Part shown: piece by piece, positions 50,550 through 61,031 of the stretch
Numbering within the stretch: the first letter of the stretch is position 1
Layout: each line of letters opens with the position of its first letter
DNA from: an uncultured Candidatus Binatia bacterium
GTDB lineage: Bacteria > Desulfobacterota > Binatia > UBA9968 > JAJDTQ01
Reading direction: 5' to 3'
NCBI GenBank assembly: GCA_964291295.2
Contig: OZ219754.1
Span: forward strand, 1,824,001-1,888,000
Length of the DNA: 64,000 nucleotides
Notes under the pieces: model-generated
Told to the model about the DNA's origin: nothing
Databases searched by the model: none
Seen by the model: the letters and a program-made list of their open reading frames with translations, nothing else
Translations under genes and position numbers: made by a program

Positions 50550-52250
50550 ATGGAATATGATCTGCTGATACGCGGCGGCCGCGTGGCCGACGGTTCCGGA
50601 CTGCCGTCCCACACGGCGGATGTGGGTGTGAAGGACGGCAGGATCGTCGAGGTGGGACGTCTCAAGGGTTCGGCGAACCGGACCATCGACGCCGCCGGTC
50701 TGGTGGTCTCCCCGGGTTTCATCGACCACCACACCCATATGGATGCCCAGATCCTCTGGGACCCCTACGGCACCTGCGAGCCGCAGCACGGCATCACTTC
50801 CATCGTCATGGGAAACTGCGGCCTGACCCTTGCACCCGTGGACGACGGCGGCGAGGACGCCCTGGTCAAGAGCTTCGTGCGTGTGGAGGCGATTCCCCGC
50901 TTCGCCCTGGAGAAGGGCGTGGACTGGCGCTGGCACAGCTACGGCGAGTATCTCGATGCGCTGGAAGGCAGGCTCGGCATCAACGCCGGCGGCCTGGTGG
51001 GCCACATTGCCGTGCGCCAGAATGTCATGGGCGAGGAATCGGTGGAGCGCAAGGCCACGGCCTCGGAGATCGAGAAGATGAAGGGCCTGGTGCACGACGC
51101 CATGGCGGCCGGCGCCCTGGGCTTCTCCACCAATCGCAACGAGCGGCACATGCGCGAGGACGGCAAGCCCGTGGCCAGCCGCCTGGCGGACGACGACGAG
51201 CTCTACGCATTGTGCGACGTGCTCGGCGAGCTCAACAGCGGCGTCATCGAGACCATCCTGGGGCGCAACCGGATGGAGCATTTCGACGCCTATCACGACT
51301 TGGCCAGCCGCACGCAACGGCCGATCATCTGGCAGAGCGTGCATCACCGCTGGGCCGAGCCCACCCTCTGGCAGCGGCAGCTGGAGGCGGTCTCGCGGAT
51401 CTTCCGCGACGGCTACCGCGCCTACGGTCTCACCCAGACGGTCCCCCTGGTGCGGCATTTCAATCTGCGGAACGCCCAGCTCTTCGACGAGTTCCCCACC
51501 TGGAAGAACGTCATGTTCCTGCCCCTGGAGGTGCGCCGGCAGGCCTTTGCCGACCCGGCCACGCGCGCGCAGCTGCGCGCGGACCTGGCCACCGGGCGCA
51601 TGACCAACTTCCACAAGCGCTGGGACATCGTGCAGGTGGAAAAGGTCGTCAAGGAAGAGAACCGGCGCTACCAGGGCAAGAGTGTGGCGGAGATGGCGGC
51701 CATGCGGAATCAGGAACCGGTGGACGCGCTGCTGGACCTGTCCCTGGACGAGGATCTTCAGACCACCTTCCAGAACGCCAACACGGGCGGCGACCCCGAG
51801 GCCATGAGCGAGATCCTGCGCAGCCCCCATGTCCTGGTGGGCACCTCGGACGCCGGCGCGCACGTGTTGTACGGCGCCGACTTCGGCTACGGCACGACGC
51901 TGCTGGGTCTCTGGGTCCGCGAGCGGGGACTCATGACGCTGGAAGAGGCGGTGCACAAGCTCACCTTCCACGTGGCCTCGGTCTACGGCCTGGAGGGCAG
52001 GGGACTGGTTCGGCCCGGGTATGCCGCCGACCTGACGCTGTTCGATCCCGAAACGGTACGGGCGCACGAGCCCGAGTGGGCGGAGGACTATCCGGCCGGC
52101 ACCCGACGCCTGATCCAGCGCTCCGACGGCATTCACTGCACCATCGTGAACGGCGGCGTGATCTGCCAGGACGGCCGCTTGAGCGGAGAACTGCCGGGTC
52201 AGGTCCTGCGCGGCTCCGCCTGTGCCTCCACCCGCGCGGCGTCGGCCTGA
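50550..52250 (+). CDS. Amidohydrolase (N-acyl-D-amino-acid deacylase family)
   Basis: PGFIDHHTH, GNCG, GH..VR, SDAGAH, PGYAADL. Confidence 0.9.
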   Translation: MEYDLLIRGGRVADGSGLPSHTADVGVKDGRIVEVGRLKGSANRTIDAAGLVVSPGFIDHHTHMDAQILWDPYGTCEPQHGITSIVMGNCGLTLAPVDDGGEDALVKSFVRVEAIPRFALEKGVDWRWHSYGEYLDALEGRLGINAGGLVGHIAVRQNVMGEESVERKATASEIEKMKGLVHDAMAAGALGFSTNRNERHMREDGKPVASRLADDDELYALCDVLGELNSGVIETILGRNRMEHFDAYHDLASRTQRPIIWQSVHHRWAEPTLWQRQLEAVSRIFRDGYRAYGLTQTVPLVRHFNLRNAQLFDEFPTWKNVMFLPLEVRRQAFADPATRAQLRADLATGRMTNFHKRWDIVQVEKVVKEENRRYQGKSVAEMAAMRNQEPVDALLDLSLDEDLQTTFQNANTGGDPEAMSEILRSPHVLVGTSDAGAHVLYGADFGYGTTLLGLWVRERGLMTLEEAVHKLTFHVASVYGLEGRGLVRPGYAADLTLFDPETVRAHEPEWAEDYPAGTRRLIQRSDGIHCTIVNGGVICQDGRLSGELPGQVLRGSACASTRAASA

Positions 52251-52300
52251 CAGCGGGGGCGTGTGGGAGTGATCCGCATTCCGGCAGCCCGGACCGCCTC

Positions 52301-53269
52301 ATGACCGGCCATTCATCACCGAAGGGCGCGGTGGGCGCGCCCGGCGAAGCCGGAAACCCTTTTGACGCGGTTCTTCTGATCGGCTTCGGAGGCCCCGAGA
52401 GGCGCGACGAAATCCGCCCGTTTCTTGAGCGTGTGAGCGCGGGGCTCCGTATCCCGCCGGCGCGTCTCGAGGCGGTGGCGCATCACTACGAGTTGATCGG
52501 CGGCCGTTCACCGCTGAACGAGTTCACCCGCGGACAGGCGGCCGCCCTGCAGCAACGGCTGGCGCGGGACGGTTTTCCCGTTCCCGTCTGCGTGGGCATG
52601 CGCAACTGGCACCCGTTTCTCCATGAGACCCTGGCGCAGCTGGCCGCGGACGGCCGCTCCCGCGTGTTGGGCATCATCCTCTCCGCGTTCCAGACGGAGG
52701 CCTCCTGGAGTCGTTACATCCGCGCGGTGGAAGCGGCCCGCGAGAGCATGACGGGGTTGGCTCCCGTGGTGGATTACGTCGGCGGGTGGTCGCATCACCC
52801 GCTGTTCATCCGCGCGGTGGTCGATCGGGTCGCCGCCGCCATCCACGGGATGCCCCAAGCCCTTCGCCAGGCCCCGCTGCTGTTCACCGCCCACAGCATT
52901 CCACGGTCCATGGCGGAAGGTTCGCCGTACGTGGAGCAGTTCCGGGAGGCGTCGCGGAGGGTGGCCGACGGTCTGGGACGAACCCGGTGGACACTGGCGT
53001 ATCAGAGCCGCAGCGGCAATCCCCGCGACCCTTGGCTGGAGCCCGACGTGAGCGACGTGATCGAGCGGCTGGCGGGGGCGGGCGAGAAGGCCGTCATCGT
53101 GGCGCCCATCGGCTTTGTCTGCGACCATGTCGAAGTCCTCTACGACCTCGATGTCGAAGCCCGGCAGCGGGCCCGTGAATCGGGAATGGAGTTCCACAGA
53201 GCGTCCGCCGTGAACGATCACCCCTGGTTCGTCGAGATGCTCGCGGACCTGGTCTCCGCATCGTGTTGA
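52301..53269 (+). CDS. hemH: Ferrochelatase
   Basis: FGGPE, YELIGGRSP, MRNWHP, FTAHSIP, YQSR, WLEP, PIGFVCDHVEVLYDLD. Confidence 0.93.
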   Translation: MTGHSSPKGAVGAPGEAGNPFDAVLLIGFGGPERRDEIRPFLERVSAGLRIPPARLEAVAHHYELIGGRSPLNEFTRGQAAALQQRLARDGFPVPVCVGMRNWHPFLHETLAQLAADGRSRVLGIILSAFQTEASWSRYIRAVEAARESMTGLAPVVDYVGGWSHHPLFIRAVVDRVAAAIHGMPQALRQAPLLFTAHSIPRSMAEGSPYVEQFREASRRVADGLGRTRWTLAYQSRSGNPRDPWLEPDVSDVIERLAGAGEKAVIVAPIGFVCDHVEVLYDLDVEARQRARESGMEFHRASAVNDHPWFVEMLADLVSASC

Positions 53270-53343
53270 CCCGCTCGGGATCCCGACCATGGGAGCAAGT
53301 CCGAGGCATGTCCCGTTCATGTCCTTGGTGAAGGGAGGGTGTC

Positions 53344-54375
53344 ATGTTCTCCACCATTTTCTCCACCCTGTCCTCCAGATTCCAGGATTCGCTGGCGGCG
53401 GCGGTGTTCGGGCTGATCACGCTTCTCGCCATCCCGCCGGGTGTCCAGGCCGGGCCGCGGGTCCGGGTCGCCTTTGCCGGTTTCGGCGTGGGAACGGTGG
53501 TCACCTGGATAGCCAGGGACAAGGGCCTCTTCGCCCGGTACGGTCTCGACATCGATGCCGTCTACCTCGACGGTACCGCTGCCGGCGGCGTGCAATCGCT
53601 GCTGGGCACCGACATCTTCGTGACCTCCCGGGACGTGCTGCCGCCGCTGGAGGCGGTCACCAAAGGCGCCGCGCTGGTGTTCTTCGGCGGCCATGTGAGC
53701 GCGGAGCACTATCGTTTCGGCGTGGCCTCCCATGTCGATCACCTGGCGCAACTCAAGGGCAAGAAGGTCGGCGTCTCGAACCTGGGCAGAAAGTCCGATC
53801 TGATCGCGCGCGTGGTGCTGCGGCGCGCGGGGCTGGATCCGGTGGAAGACGTGGAGATGGTGCCCATCGGATTCTCGCCGCAGAGAGCGGCGGCCATCTA
53901 CCGCGACATCATCCAGGGGGCGCCGCTGGTGCCGCAGGTGGCGGCGGAAGCGCAGCGGGCGGGCATCAAGGTGCTCGACGTCGGCGAGGTGCATCTGATC
54001 AGCGACCTGCTGGTCACCACGCGGTCTTTTGCCGACCGCAACCCCGATCGGATGCGGCGTTTCCTGATGGCCTATCTCAACGGCATCCAGTACTTCCTCA
54101 CCGAACGCGCGGACAGCATGCGCATCATGGAGAAGCACGTCACCCTCGCCGACGGATCATCCGTCGCCGGGGCCTACCGCTCCCTCGCGCGCGGGCTGGA
54201 TCCATTGCCGGCGCTTCGGGGCGAGTCGGTCCAGGCTCTCATCGATGCGGTGTCGGTGATGGATTCGCGCGCGCGGCAGCTCGACCCGCGCCAACTCCTT
54301 GAACTGGATTTCCTCAGGCGCCTCGACCGGGCCGGCTTCGTCAAGGGGCTGTATTCGGAGAAGATCAAGCTGTAG
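53344..54375 (+). CDS. ABC substrate-binding protein (NMT1/SsuA-like), standalone
   Basis: Signal peptide, 'WIARDKGLFARYGLD', 'LKGKKVGVS', 'GLDP..DV'. Confidence 0.85.
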   Translation: MFSTIFSTLSSRFQDSLAAAVFGLITLLAIPPGVQAGPRVRVAFAGFGVGTVVTWIARDKGLFARYGLDIDAVYLDGTAAGGVQSLLGTDIFVTSRDVLPPLEAVTKGAALVFFGGHVSAEHYRFGVASHVDHLAQLKGKKVGVSNLGRKSDLIARVVLRRAGLDPVEDVEMVPIGFSPQRAAAIYRDIIQGAPLVPQVAAEAQRAGIKVLDVGEVHLISDLLVTTRSFADRNPDRMRRFLMAYLNGIQYFLTERADSMRIMEKHVTLADGSSVAGAYRSLARGLDPLPALRGESVQALIDAVSVMDSRARQLDPRQLLELDFLRRLDRAGFVKGLYSEKIKL

Positions 54376-54496
54376 GGGGGCTGACTCCTGACGGGCCCGC
54401 CCCCGCGTGTCGTCCGCGAAATTGCATTCGATGCGTGGATCCCGTACAATGAAACCGGTTTGTCCTGTCGGCTCGGGCCGATACGCCTCCAACAGC

Positions 54497-55249
54497 ATGT
54501 ACACGCTAAAGCTGGCCCTGATCGTCCTTGCAAGCATCCTCCAGACCATTCCCATCATCGCCCTCGGGCTCGTGGACCCCGACGGCCGGCGTGTCTACCC
54601 GATGTTTCGCTTCTGGTCGTGGTGCGTGCTCAAGGCCGGCGGCGTGGGGCTGAGCGTCCGCCAGGCCGGCCAACTGGACCTGGGGCAGGCCTATGTCTTC
54701 ATGGCCAACCATCAGAGCAATATCGACATACCGGTACTCGTGCGGGCACTGGCGCCGTTCCAGTTGCGCTGGATGGCGAAACGGGAGCTGCTTCGCGTCC
54801 CGTTCTTCGGATGGGCGCTGTGGGCCTCCGGACACATCGTCGTCAAGCGCTCGACGTCGAGGGGCTTGGTGGCGGCCATGGCGGGCGCCTGTGACAAGTT
54901 GACACGGGGGATTTCCGTGATGGTGTTTCCCGAGGGCACGCGCAGCACGGATGGCCGGCTGCTGCCCTTCAAGCGCGGCGGGTTCCGCTTGGCGGAGAAG
55001 GCGGGTGTGGCCATCGTTCCGGTGACCATCCGGGGCTCCGGCCGGCTGCTGAAGCGAGGGGATTGGCGTCTCAAGCCCGGCGAAGTCGAAGTCGTCGTGG
55101 GCGCCCCGATCCCTCCGGATGATGCCGGCGACCGCTCCCGCCGGCAGACCAGGCGGGTGCGGGAGGCCATCGGGTCGTGCCTGACGGGGCCGGACGCCGA
55201 GCCGGGCGAGAGCCCCGGAGATGGGCGGGCGGGGACCGTCCGCCGCTGA
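54497..55249 (+). CDS. plsC: 1-acyl-sn-glycerol-3-phosphate acyltransferase
   Basis: NHQSNID, AKREL, FPEGTRS, FKRG. Confidence 0.9.
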   Translation: MYTLKLALIVLASILQTIPIIALGLVDPDGRRVYPMFRFWSWCVLKAGGVGLSVRQAGQLDLGQAYVFMANHQSNIDIPVLVRALAPFQLRWMAKRELLRVPFFGWALWASGHIVVKRSTSRGLVAAMAGACDKLTRGISVMVFPEGTRSTDGRLLPFKRGGFRLAEKAGVAIVPVTIRGSGRLLKRGDWRLKPGEVEVVVGAPIPPDDAGDRSRRQTRRVREAIGSCLTGPDAEPGESPGDGRAGTVRR

Positions 55250-55255
55250 ATTGAG

Positions 55256-56911
55256 ATGGAGTCCCTGCGGATCGTGCCTCTCGGAGGCTTGGGAGAGTTC
55301 GGCTGCAACATGCTGGCGGTGGAGTTTGGCGACACCGTGATCGCCGTGGACTGCGGCGTCATGTTCCCCGGTGCCGACCTGCTGGGCATCGACCTCGTGA
55401 TCCCCGATATCGGCTACCTCGTGGATCAGGGAAAGATCCCCCGGGCCATCATCCTGACCCACGCGCACGAGGATCATATCGGGGCGCTTCCCTACGTGCT
55501 CCGGCGTTGCCGGATCCCGGTGTACGGCACGCGCCTGACGCTGGGCTTCGTGCGCCACAAGCTGCGCGAGCACAGGCTCGAAGAGGCCACCGAACTCGTG
55601 GAGATCCTTCCCGGCGAACGTTTCACGCTCGGCCCGTTCTCGATGGAGGGGATATCGGTAACCCACAGCCTGGTGGATTGCATCGGCCTGGCCATCGAGA
55701 CGCCCGTCGGCACCATCATCCACACCGGCGACTTCAAGATCGATCACACGCCCGTGGCCGGTGCGCGTTTCGACTTCCACCGTTTCGCGGCCCACGGCGA
55801 CAAGGGCGTCCTGCTGCTGCTCTCGGACTCCACCAATGTCGAGCGCGCGGGCAGCACGCCGTCGGAACGCACGGTCGGGGAGGGGCTTCGGGGAGTCTTC
55901 GGTTCCAGTCCGGGGCGGATATTCATCGCGACCTTCGCCTCCCACATTCCACGCATCCAGCAGGTGGCGGAACTGGCCGCGGATTTCGGGCGCAAGCTGG
56001 TGCTCAGCGGCCGGAGCCTTGTCAAGAACACCGGTATCGCCGCGGAGTTGGGCTGTCTGCGCCTGCCGCCGGACGTCATGACCGACAACCCGGGCTGGCA
56101 GGACCTCGCCGGCGACCGCCTCTGTTTCCTCACCACCGGAAGCCAGGGAGAGCCCCTCTCCGTCCTGCACCGCGTGGCCTTCGACGAACATCGGTCCGTC
56201 CGGATCCAGCCGGGGGATACCGTGGTGCTGTCGGCGCGGTGCATCCCCGGAAACGAGAAGGTCATCAGCAACCTCGTCGATCATCTCTACCGCCGCGGCG
56301 CCCGTGTCCACTACGAGCGCACGTCGGAGATTCACGTCTCCGGGCATGCCAGCCAGGAAGAGCTGAAAACCATGATCCAGCTCACGCGCCCGCGGTACTT
56401 CGTTCCCCTGCATGGCGAGTTCCGGCAGCTCTGCCGGCACATCGAGTTGGCGCGCGCCCTGGGCATACCGGCCGACAACTGCTTTCTCCTGGAGAACGGC
56501 GACGTGCTGGAACTGACCGGGGACGACGCCCGGCGCGTCGAACCGGTGGCGAGCGGCAAGGTCTTCGTTGACGGCAAGGGCATCGGCGACGTGGAAGACG
56601 TCGTCATTCGGGACCGCCGCCACCTGAGCGAGGACGGGCTGGTGGTGGTGGCCATGGCGATCCATCAACGCACCGGCGCGGTCGCCGCCGGGCCGGACCT
56701 GCTGGCCCGGGGAGTCACGCGGCCGGAGGAGGAGGACGACATCCTCGGTACGGCCAGGGATTCGCTGCGGGATTACATTGACGGCTGCGGTGTGGAGTTG
56801 CGTACCGACTCCGCCGAGCTCAAGGAAGGCATACGGCGGTGGCTGCGCCGGTTCTTCGAAAAGCGGCTGCGGCGCCGGCCGGTGATCGTGCCTCATATCA
56901 TGGAGATGTAG
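55256..56911 (+). CDS. rnj: Ribonuclease J
   Basis: PLGGLGEFG, THAHEDHIG, HTGDFK, DSTN, GSQGEP, HVSGHA, PLHGE. Confidence 0.96.
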   Translation: MESLRIVPLGGLGEFGCNMLAVEFGDTVIAVDCGVMFPGADLLGIDLVIPDIGYLVDQGKIPRAIILTHAHEDHIGALPYVLRRCRIPVYGTRLTLGFVRHKLREHRLEEATELVEILPGERFTLGPFSMEGISVTHSLVDCIGLAIETPVGTIIHTGDFKIDHTPVAGARFDFHRFAAHGDKGVLLLLSDSTNVERAGSTPSERTVGEGLRGVFGSSPGRIFIATFASHIPRIQQVAELAADFGRKLVLSGRSLVKNTGIAAELGCLRLPPDVMTDNPGWQDLAGDRLCFLTTGSQGEPLSVLHRVAFDEHRSVRIQPGDTVVLSARCIPGNEKVISNLVDHLYRRGARVHYERTSEIHVSGHASQEELKTMIQLTRPRYFVPLHGEFRQLCRHIELARALGIPADNCFLLENGDVLELTGDDARRVEPVASGKVFVDGKGIGDVEDVVIRDRRHLSEDGLVVVAMAIHQRTGAVAAGPDLLARGVTRPEEEDDILGTARDSLRDYIDGCGVELRTDSAELKEGIRRWLRRFFEKRLRRRPVIVPHIMEM

Positions 56912-56921
56912 GCGGGCACGC

Positions 56922-59186
56922 ATGCAGAACGGCTCTCGGCTGAATCGTGAACTGTGGGGCTCGGTGGTCGTGGTCACCGCCTGTTTCGCCGTGCTCAGCC
57001 TGGTGTCCTACGACCCCATGGACCGGTCCCTCAACGTCCCCTCGGGCTCTCCGGACCCCTTGAACCTGGGCGGTCTGGTGGGGGCCTATCTGGCGGACGC
57101 GCTGTTGCAGGGGCTGGGGCTGACGGCCTACCTGCTCCCGGTCATCCTGCTGCTGCTTGCCTTCCGCCTGTTCCGCCGGGACCCGGGCCGGATCCGGGTT
57201 TTCAGGGTTTTCGGATACGGCGTGCTCCTGTGGGGCGGCGCCGTCCTGGTCAGCCTGGTGCGCGAGATGGAATTGGCGCGGGACAGCGGCGGCGTCGTTG
57301 GCGGTCTGTCCAGGGAGTTCCTGACCGAACTGTTCGGCTATGCGGGAACCTGCGCCATCACCGTCTTCCTGTTGCTGATGGCCGTCATGCTGTTGTCCCA
57401 GACCCCGATGCTGGGCTGGTGGACCGGGCTGGCAGGCGCGCTCGGGAAGTTTCGTCCGGCGCTGACCGTCTTTCGTCCGGCACTGACCGCCGCCTGGCGG
57501 ATCCGGTTGAAGCGGAAGCCGTCCGCCAACCTCAGGAAGGAGCGGGAGTTCACGGCGCCGCCCATCGTGCGGGAGGAGGCTCCCGAGGAAAGCGCCGGGG
57601 AGAGTCCCAAGGGCGGCCGCAGGAAGGCCAGGGCCAGGTCCAGGGCGGGGGGCAGGCCCGAGGCCGAGCAGTTCGTTTTTCCTGAGATCACGGGCGGCTA
57701 TGTGTTGCCTTCCACCGCCTTTCTCGACTCCCCGCCGGAGGAGAAGGCGAGCATCGACAGGAGCACTCTGGAGGCCAATTCCCTGATGCTGCAGCGGAAG
57801 CTTCAGGATTTCGGCATCGAGGGCGAAGTGCTGGCGGTGAGGCCCGGGCCGGTCATCACCGTGTACGAGTTTCGTCCGGCTCCCGGCGTCATGGTGCGCC
57901 GCATCGTCGGCGTGGCGGACGACCTCGCCATGGCCCTCAGCGCCGTCAGCATCCGCATCCTCGCGCCGATTCCGGGCGAGTCGGTGGTGGGCATCGAGGT
58001 GCCCAATACCCGGCGCGAGACGGTCCATCTGCGAGAGATCCTAGAAGCCCCGGTTTACACCGCCCCGGATTCGATGCTGACCCTGGCCCTCGGCAAGGAT
58101 ATCGCCGGCGTGCCGTTCGCGACGGACCTGGCGCGCATGCCGCATCTGCTGGTGGCCGGCGCCACCGGCACGGGCAAGTCGGTCTCTCTCAACTCGATGA
58201 TCCTGAGCATCCTGTTCAAGGCCGCGCCGGATGATGTCCGCTTCATCATGATCGATCCCAAGATGCTCGAGTTGACTCCTTACGAAGGGCTGCCGCATTT
58301 GCTGACCCCGGTGGTGACCGATCCCAAGGAGGCCCGGGCGGCGCTGTTCTGGGCCGTCGAGGAGATGGACCGGCGCTACCGGCTCATGCGCGACAAGGGG
58401 GCCCGGAACATCGACAACTACAACCGCATCCTGGAACGGGAACCGCCGCCGGACGGAACGCGGAACGGTGATGCCGGGGAGGACGTGGAGATCGGCGGGA
58501 GGCTCGACGGCAGCGAAGCGCTGGAGCACGGGCGGCTGCCCCGGGTGGTGATCTTGATTGACGAACTGGCGGACCTGATGATGTCCGTGGGCCGCGACAT
58601 CGAGGAGCACATCACGCGCCTGGCCCAGAAGGCCCGGGCCGCCGGAATCCACATGGTGCTGGCGACGCAGCGGCCGTCGGTGGACGTGATCACCGGATTG
58701 ATCAAGGCGAATTTTCCGGCGCGGGTGTCCTTTCAGGTGACCTCCCGGGTGGATTCGCGCACCATTCTGGACGGCCAGGGCGCGGAGCAACTCCTGGGCA
58801 ATGGCGACCTGCTCTTTCTGCCTCCCGGCACGGCGCGGTTGATACGGCTTCACGGCCCCTTTGTTTCGGACAAGGAGGTGCGGAAGGTCACCGATTTCAT
58901 CAAGCAGCAGGGCCGGCCGCAGTATCGCCCGGAGATTCTTGAGGCCGCCGCGTCGGCCGACGCGGCGTTGGACGGTGCCGGCGGCGACCTGGACGAGATG
59001 TACGATCAGGCGGTGGCGGTGGTGACCGAGACGCGGCAGGCGTCCATATCCATGATCCAGCGGCGTCTGAGGGTGGGCTACAACCGGGCCGCTCGAATGA
59101 TAGAGAAGATGGAGCGGGAGGGTGTGGTGGGGCCGGCGGACGGGGCCAGGCCACGCGAGGTGCTGGCCCGACAGATGGAGGAATAG
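56922..59186 (+). CDS. ftsK: DNA translocase FtsK
   Basis: N-terminal TMs, PHLLVAGATGTGKS, IDPK, IDELADLM, ATQRPS, gamma domain 'QRRLRVGYNRAAR'. Confidence 0.96.
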   Translation: MQNGSRLNRELWGSVVVVTACFAVLSLVSYDPMDRSLNVPSGSPDPLNLGGLVGAYLADALLQGLGLTAYLLPVILLLLAFRLFRRDPGRIRVFRVFGYGVLLWGGAVLVSLVREMELARDSGGVVGGLSREFLTELFGYAGTCAITVFLLLMAVMLLSQTPMLGWWTGLAGALGKFRPALTVFRPALTAAWRIRLKRKPSANLRKEREFTAPPIVREEAPEESAGESPKGGRRKARARSRAGGRPEAEQFVFPEITGGYVLPSTAFLDSPPEEKASIDRSTLEANSLMLQRKLQDFGIEGEVLAVRPGPVITVYEFRPAPGVMVRRIVGVADDLAMALSAVSIRILAPIPGESVVGIEVPNTRRETVHLREILEAPVYTAPDSMLTLALGKDIAGVPFATDLARMPHLLVAGATGTGKSVSLNSMILSILFKAAPDDVRFIMIDPKMLELTPYEGLPHLLTPVVTDPKEARAALFWAVEEMDRRYRLMRDKGARNIDNYNRILEREPPPDGTRNGDAGEDVEIGGRLDGSEALEHGRLPRVVILIDELADLMMSVGRDIEEHITRLAQKARAAGIHMVLATQRPSVDVITGLIKANFPARVSFQVTSRVDSRTILDGQGAEQLLGNGDLLFLPPGTARLIRLHGPFVSDKEVRKVTDFIKQQGRPQYRPEILEAAASADAALDGAGGDLDEMYDQAVAVVTETRQASISMIQRRLRVGYNRAARMIEKMEREGVVGPADGARPREVLARQMEE

Positions 59187-59196
59187 GCACACGACG

Positions 59197-59898
59197 ATGT
59201 TGAAACGCTCGCATCACGCCCCGGGACGGCTGACGATGAAGGGGGCTTGCGCCGCCCTTGCCGGCGTGGTCGGCTGTGCCTCGGGGCTCGCGTGGACGGC
59301 GCGGGATGCGCGCGCGCAGGATGCACGGGAGGTGGTCCGGCAGATACAGCGGCGCTACGATGCCGCGCGGGACTACAGCGCGGACTTCCGGCAGACCACC
59401 GAGTACCGCACGCTGAACCGGCGTATCGACGGTGAGGGGAAGGTCTTCTTCAGCAAGCCGGCCAGGATGCTGTGGCGTTACCGGAAGCCCGCCGGTCAGT
59501 TCGTGTTGTCCGATGGCAAGCATCTCTACTTCTATCAACCGGCCGAACACCAGGTCATCAAGACTGCGCTGGGAGCGGTATTCCGATCCGAACTGCCGCT
59601 CTCCTTCCTGCTTGGCGTCGGCAATCTGGACCGCGACTTTCTCCCCGAGCTGGTGGAGGCCGGCGAGCAGGAATACCGTCTGAAGCTCTCCCCGAAAACC
59701 CCCGCCGCCGGGGTTCGCCAGCTCCACCTGACGGTTGACCGGGACCACCATGATTTCCGCGAGGTGCTCATCGAGGACGGCAGCGGCAACCGCTGGACCT
59801 TCCGCTTCGAAAACGTCCGCCGCGGAGAGCTGCTGGAGCCGTCACTCTTCAAGCTGGAAGTCCCCCAAGGCGCCGATATCGTTGAGTTTGGTTCCTAG
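59197..59898 (+). CDS. lolA: Outer-membrane lipoprotein carrier protein LolA
   Basis: 'SADFRQ', 'FSKP...WRY', 'SDGK'; follows ftsK. Start uncertain. Confidence 0.85.
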   Translation: MLKRSHHAPGRLTMKGACAALAGVVGCASGLAWTARDARAQDAREVVRQIQRRYDAARDYSADFRQTTEYRTLNRRIDGEGKVFFSKPARMLWRYRKPAGQFVLSDGKHLYFYQPAEHQVIKTALGAVFRSELPLSFLLGVGNLDRDFLPELVEAGEQEYRLKLSPKTPAAGVRQLHLTVDRDHHDFREVLIEDGSGNRWTFRFENVRRGELLEPSLFKLEVPQGADIVEFGS

Positions 59899-60003
59899 GC
59901 GCCGGTCTCGGTGCGGGAACCCGGGCCGGGAAGGCCCGGCGGTCCGTGGTTGACTCGGTTCCTGATTGGTGGTGAATTGTGTTCCTTTCAGGAGAGAAGA
60001 AAA

Positions 60004-60429
60004 ATGAGAAAAGATGTTCTGAAACGGTTTCGGGAGACCCTTCTCGAGATGAAGGGACAGCTTCTGGAGGACATCCCGGATCGCCTCAAGCACGAGGTGG
60101 AAAGTTCCAAGGACGAGGGGCGCGACACCTATGATCTGGCCAGCGACGAGCGGGACCGCGAGATCAACATGATACTCAACGACCGGGAGAGGACGAAGCT
60201 GATGGCCATCGATGACGCGCTGCTCCGGCTCGGTGAAGGCTCGTACGGCATCTGCGATGAATGCGGCGAGGAGATCGGTGTCGGCCGGCTCAAGGTGATG
60301 CCGTTCACGCGCCTGTGCGTGCGTTGCCAGGCGGATCTGGAGAAGGAAAGCCGCATGATGAAGAGCTTCGACGACGACCGCACGCTGCGCCGGCTGCCGA
60401 TGACGGATACCGAAGAGGAGAGCTACTAG
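60004..60429 (+). CDS. dksA: TraR/DksA C4 zinc-finger transcription factor
   Basis: DTYDLA coiled-coil tip, YGICDECGEEI...RL..MP...LCVRCQ. Confidence 0.85.
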   Translation: MRKDVLKRFRETLLEMKGQLLEDIPDRLKHEVESSKDEGRDTYDLASDERDREINMILNDRERTKLMAIDDALLRLGEGSYGICDECGEEIGVGRLKVMPFTRLCVRCQADLEKESRMMKSFDDDRTLRRLPMTDTEEESY

Positions 60430-60502
60430 CGCAGCGTCCCCCAACGCATCTTTTCCAGGCGTCCGCAAGGACAGGACCGGTCCGGAACCCGAGGATGATG
60501 CC

Positions 60503-60901
60503 ATGAAGTATTTCTTCACCAAGGACGAGGCGGAAGTGGTGCGCATCGAGGGCGACGCACCGCGTACCCTCTACCCGTGCGTCGGACCGGCCACGACGGG
60601 AACCCGCCGTTTCTCCATGGGGCTGCAGGAAGTCGATCCCCACAGCGAGATTCCGCTGCACTCGCACGACGAGGCCGAAGAAATCCTCTTCGTGACAGGC
60701 GGCCGCGCCACCGCAACGGTGGGAGACGAAACCAGGGAGATCGCGCCGGGCTCCATCGTGTTCATACCGCCTCGAACCAACCACGGGTTCGTCAACAGCG
60801 GCGACGAACCGCTGCGGCTGACGTGGACCTTCTCCCCCCAGGGATTCGAGGGGTATATCCGGGGGGTTGCCGAGGGCACGGTGCAACTCAAGACCGTTTA
60901 G
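60503..60901 (+). CDS. Cupin domain protein
   Basis: 'HSH..AEE', 'PG...FIP....H...N'. Confidence 0.88.
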   Translation: MKYFFTKDEAEVVRIEGDAPRTLYPCVGPATTGTRRFSMGLQEVDPHSEIPLHSHDEAEEILFVTGGRATATVGDETREIAPGSIVFIPPRTNHGFVNSGDEPLRLTWTFSPQGFEGYIRGVAEGTVQLKTV

Positions 60902-61031
60902 CCGCAGCGCGGCGGTTCCGGGTTCCTTGCGGCCGGCGGCTCCGGTGACGGATGCCGCCGCCACTCCTGTCTCGATTACGCTCGGAAGGTGCGGGTCGGC
61001 GGTGGTCCGCGCGTGGCCGCAAGGAGGTCTC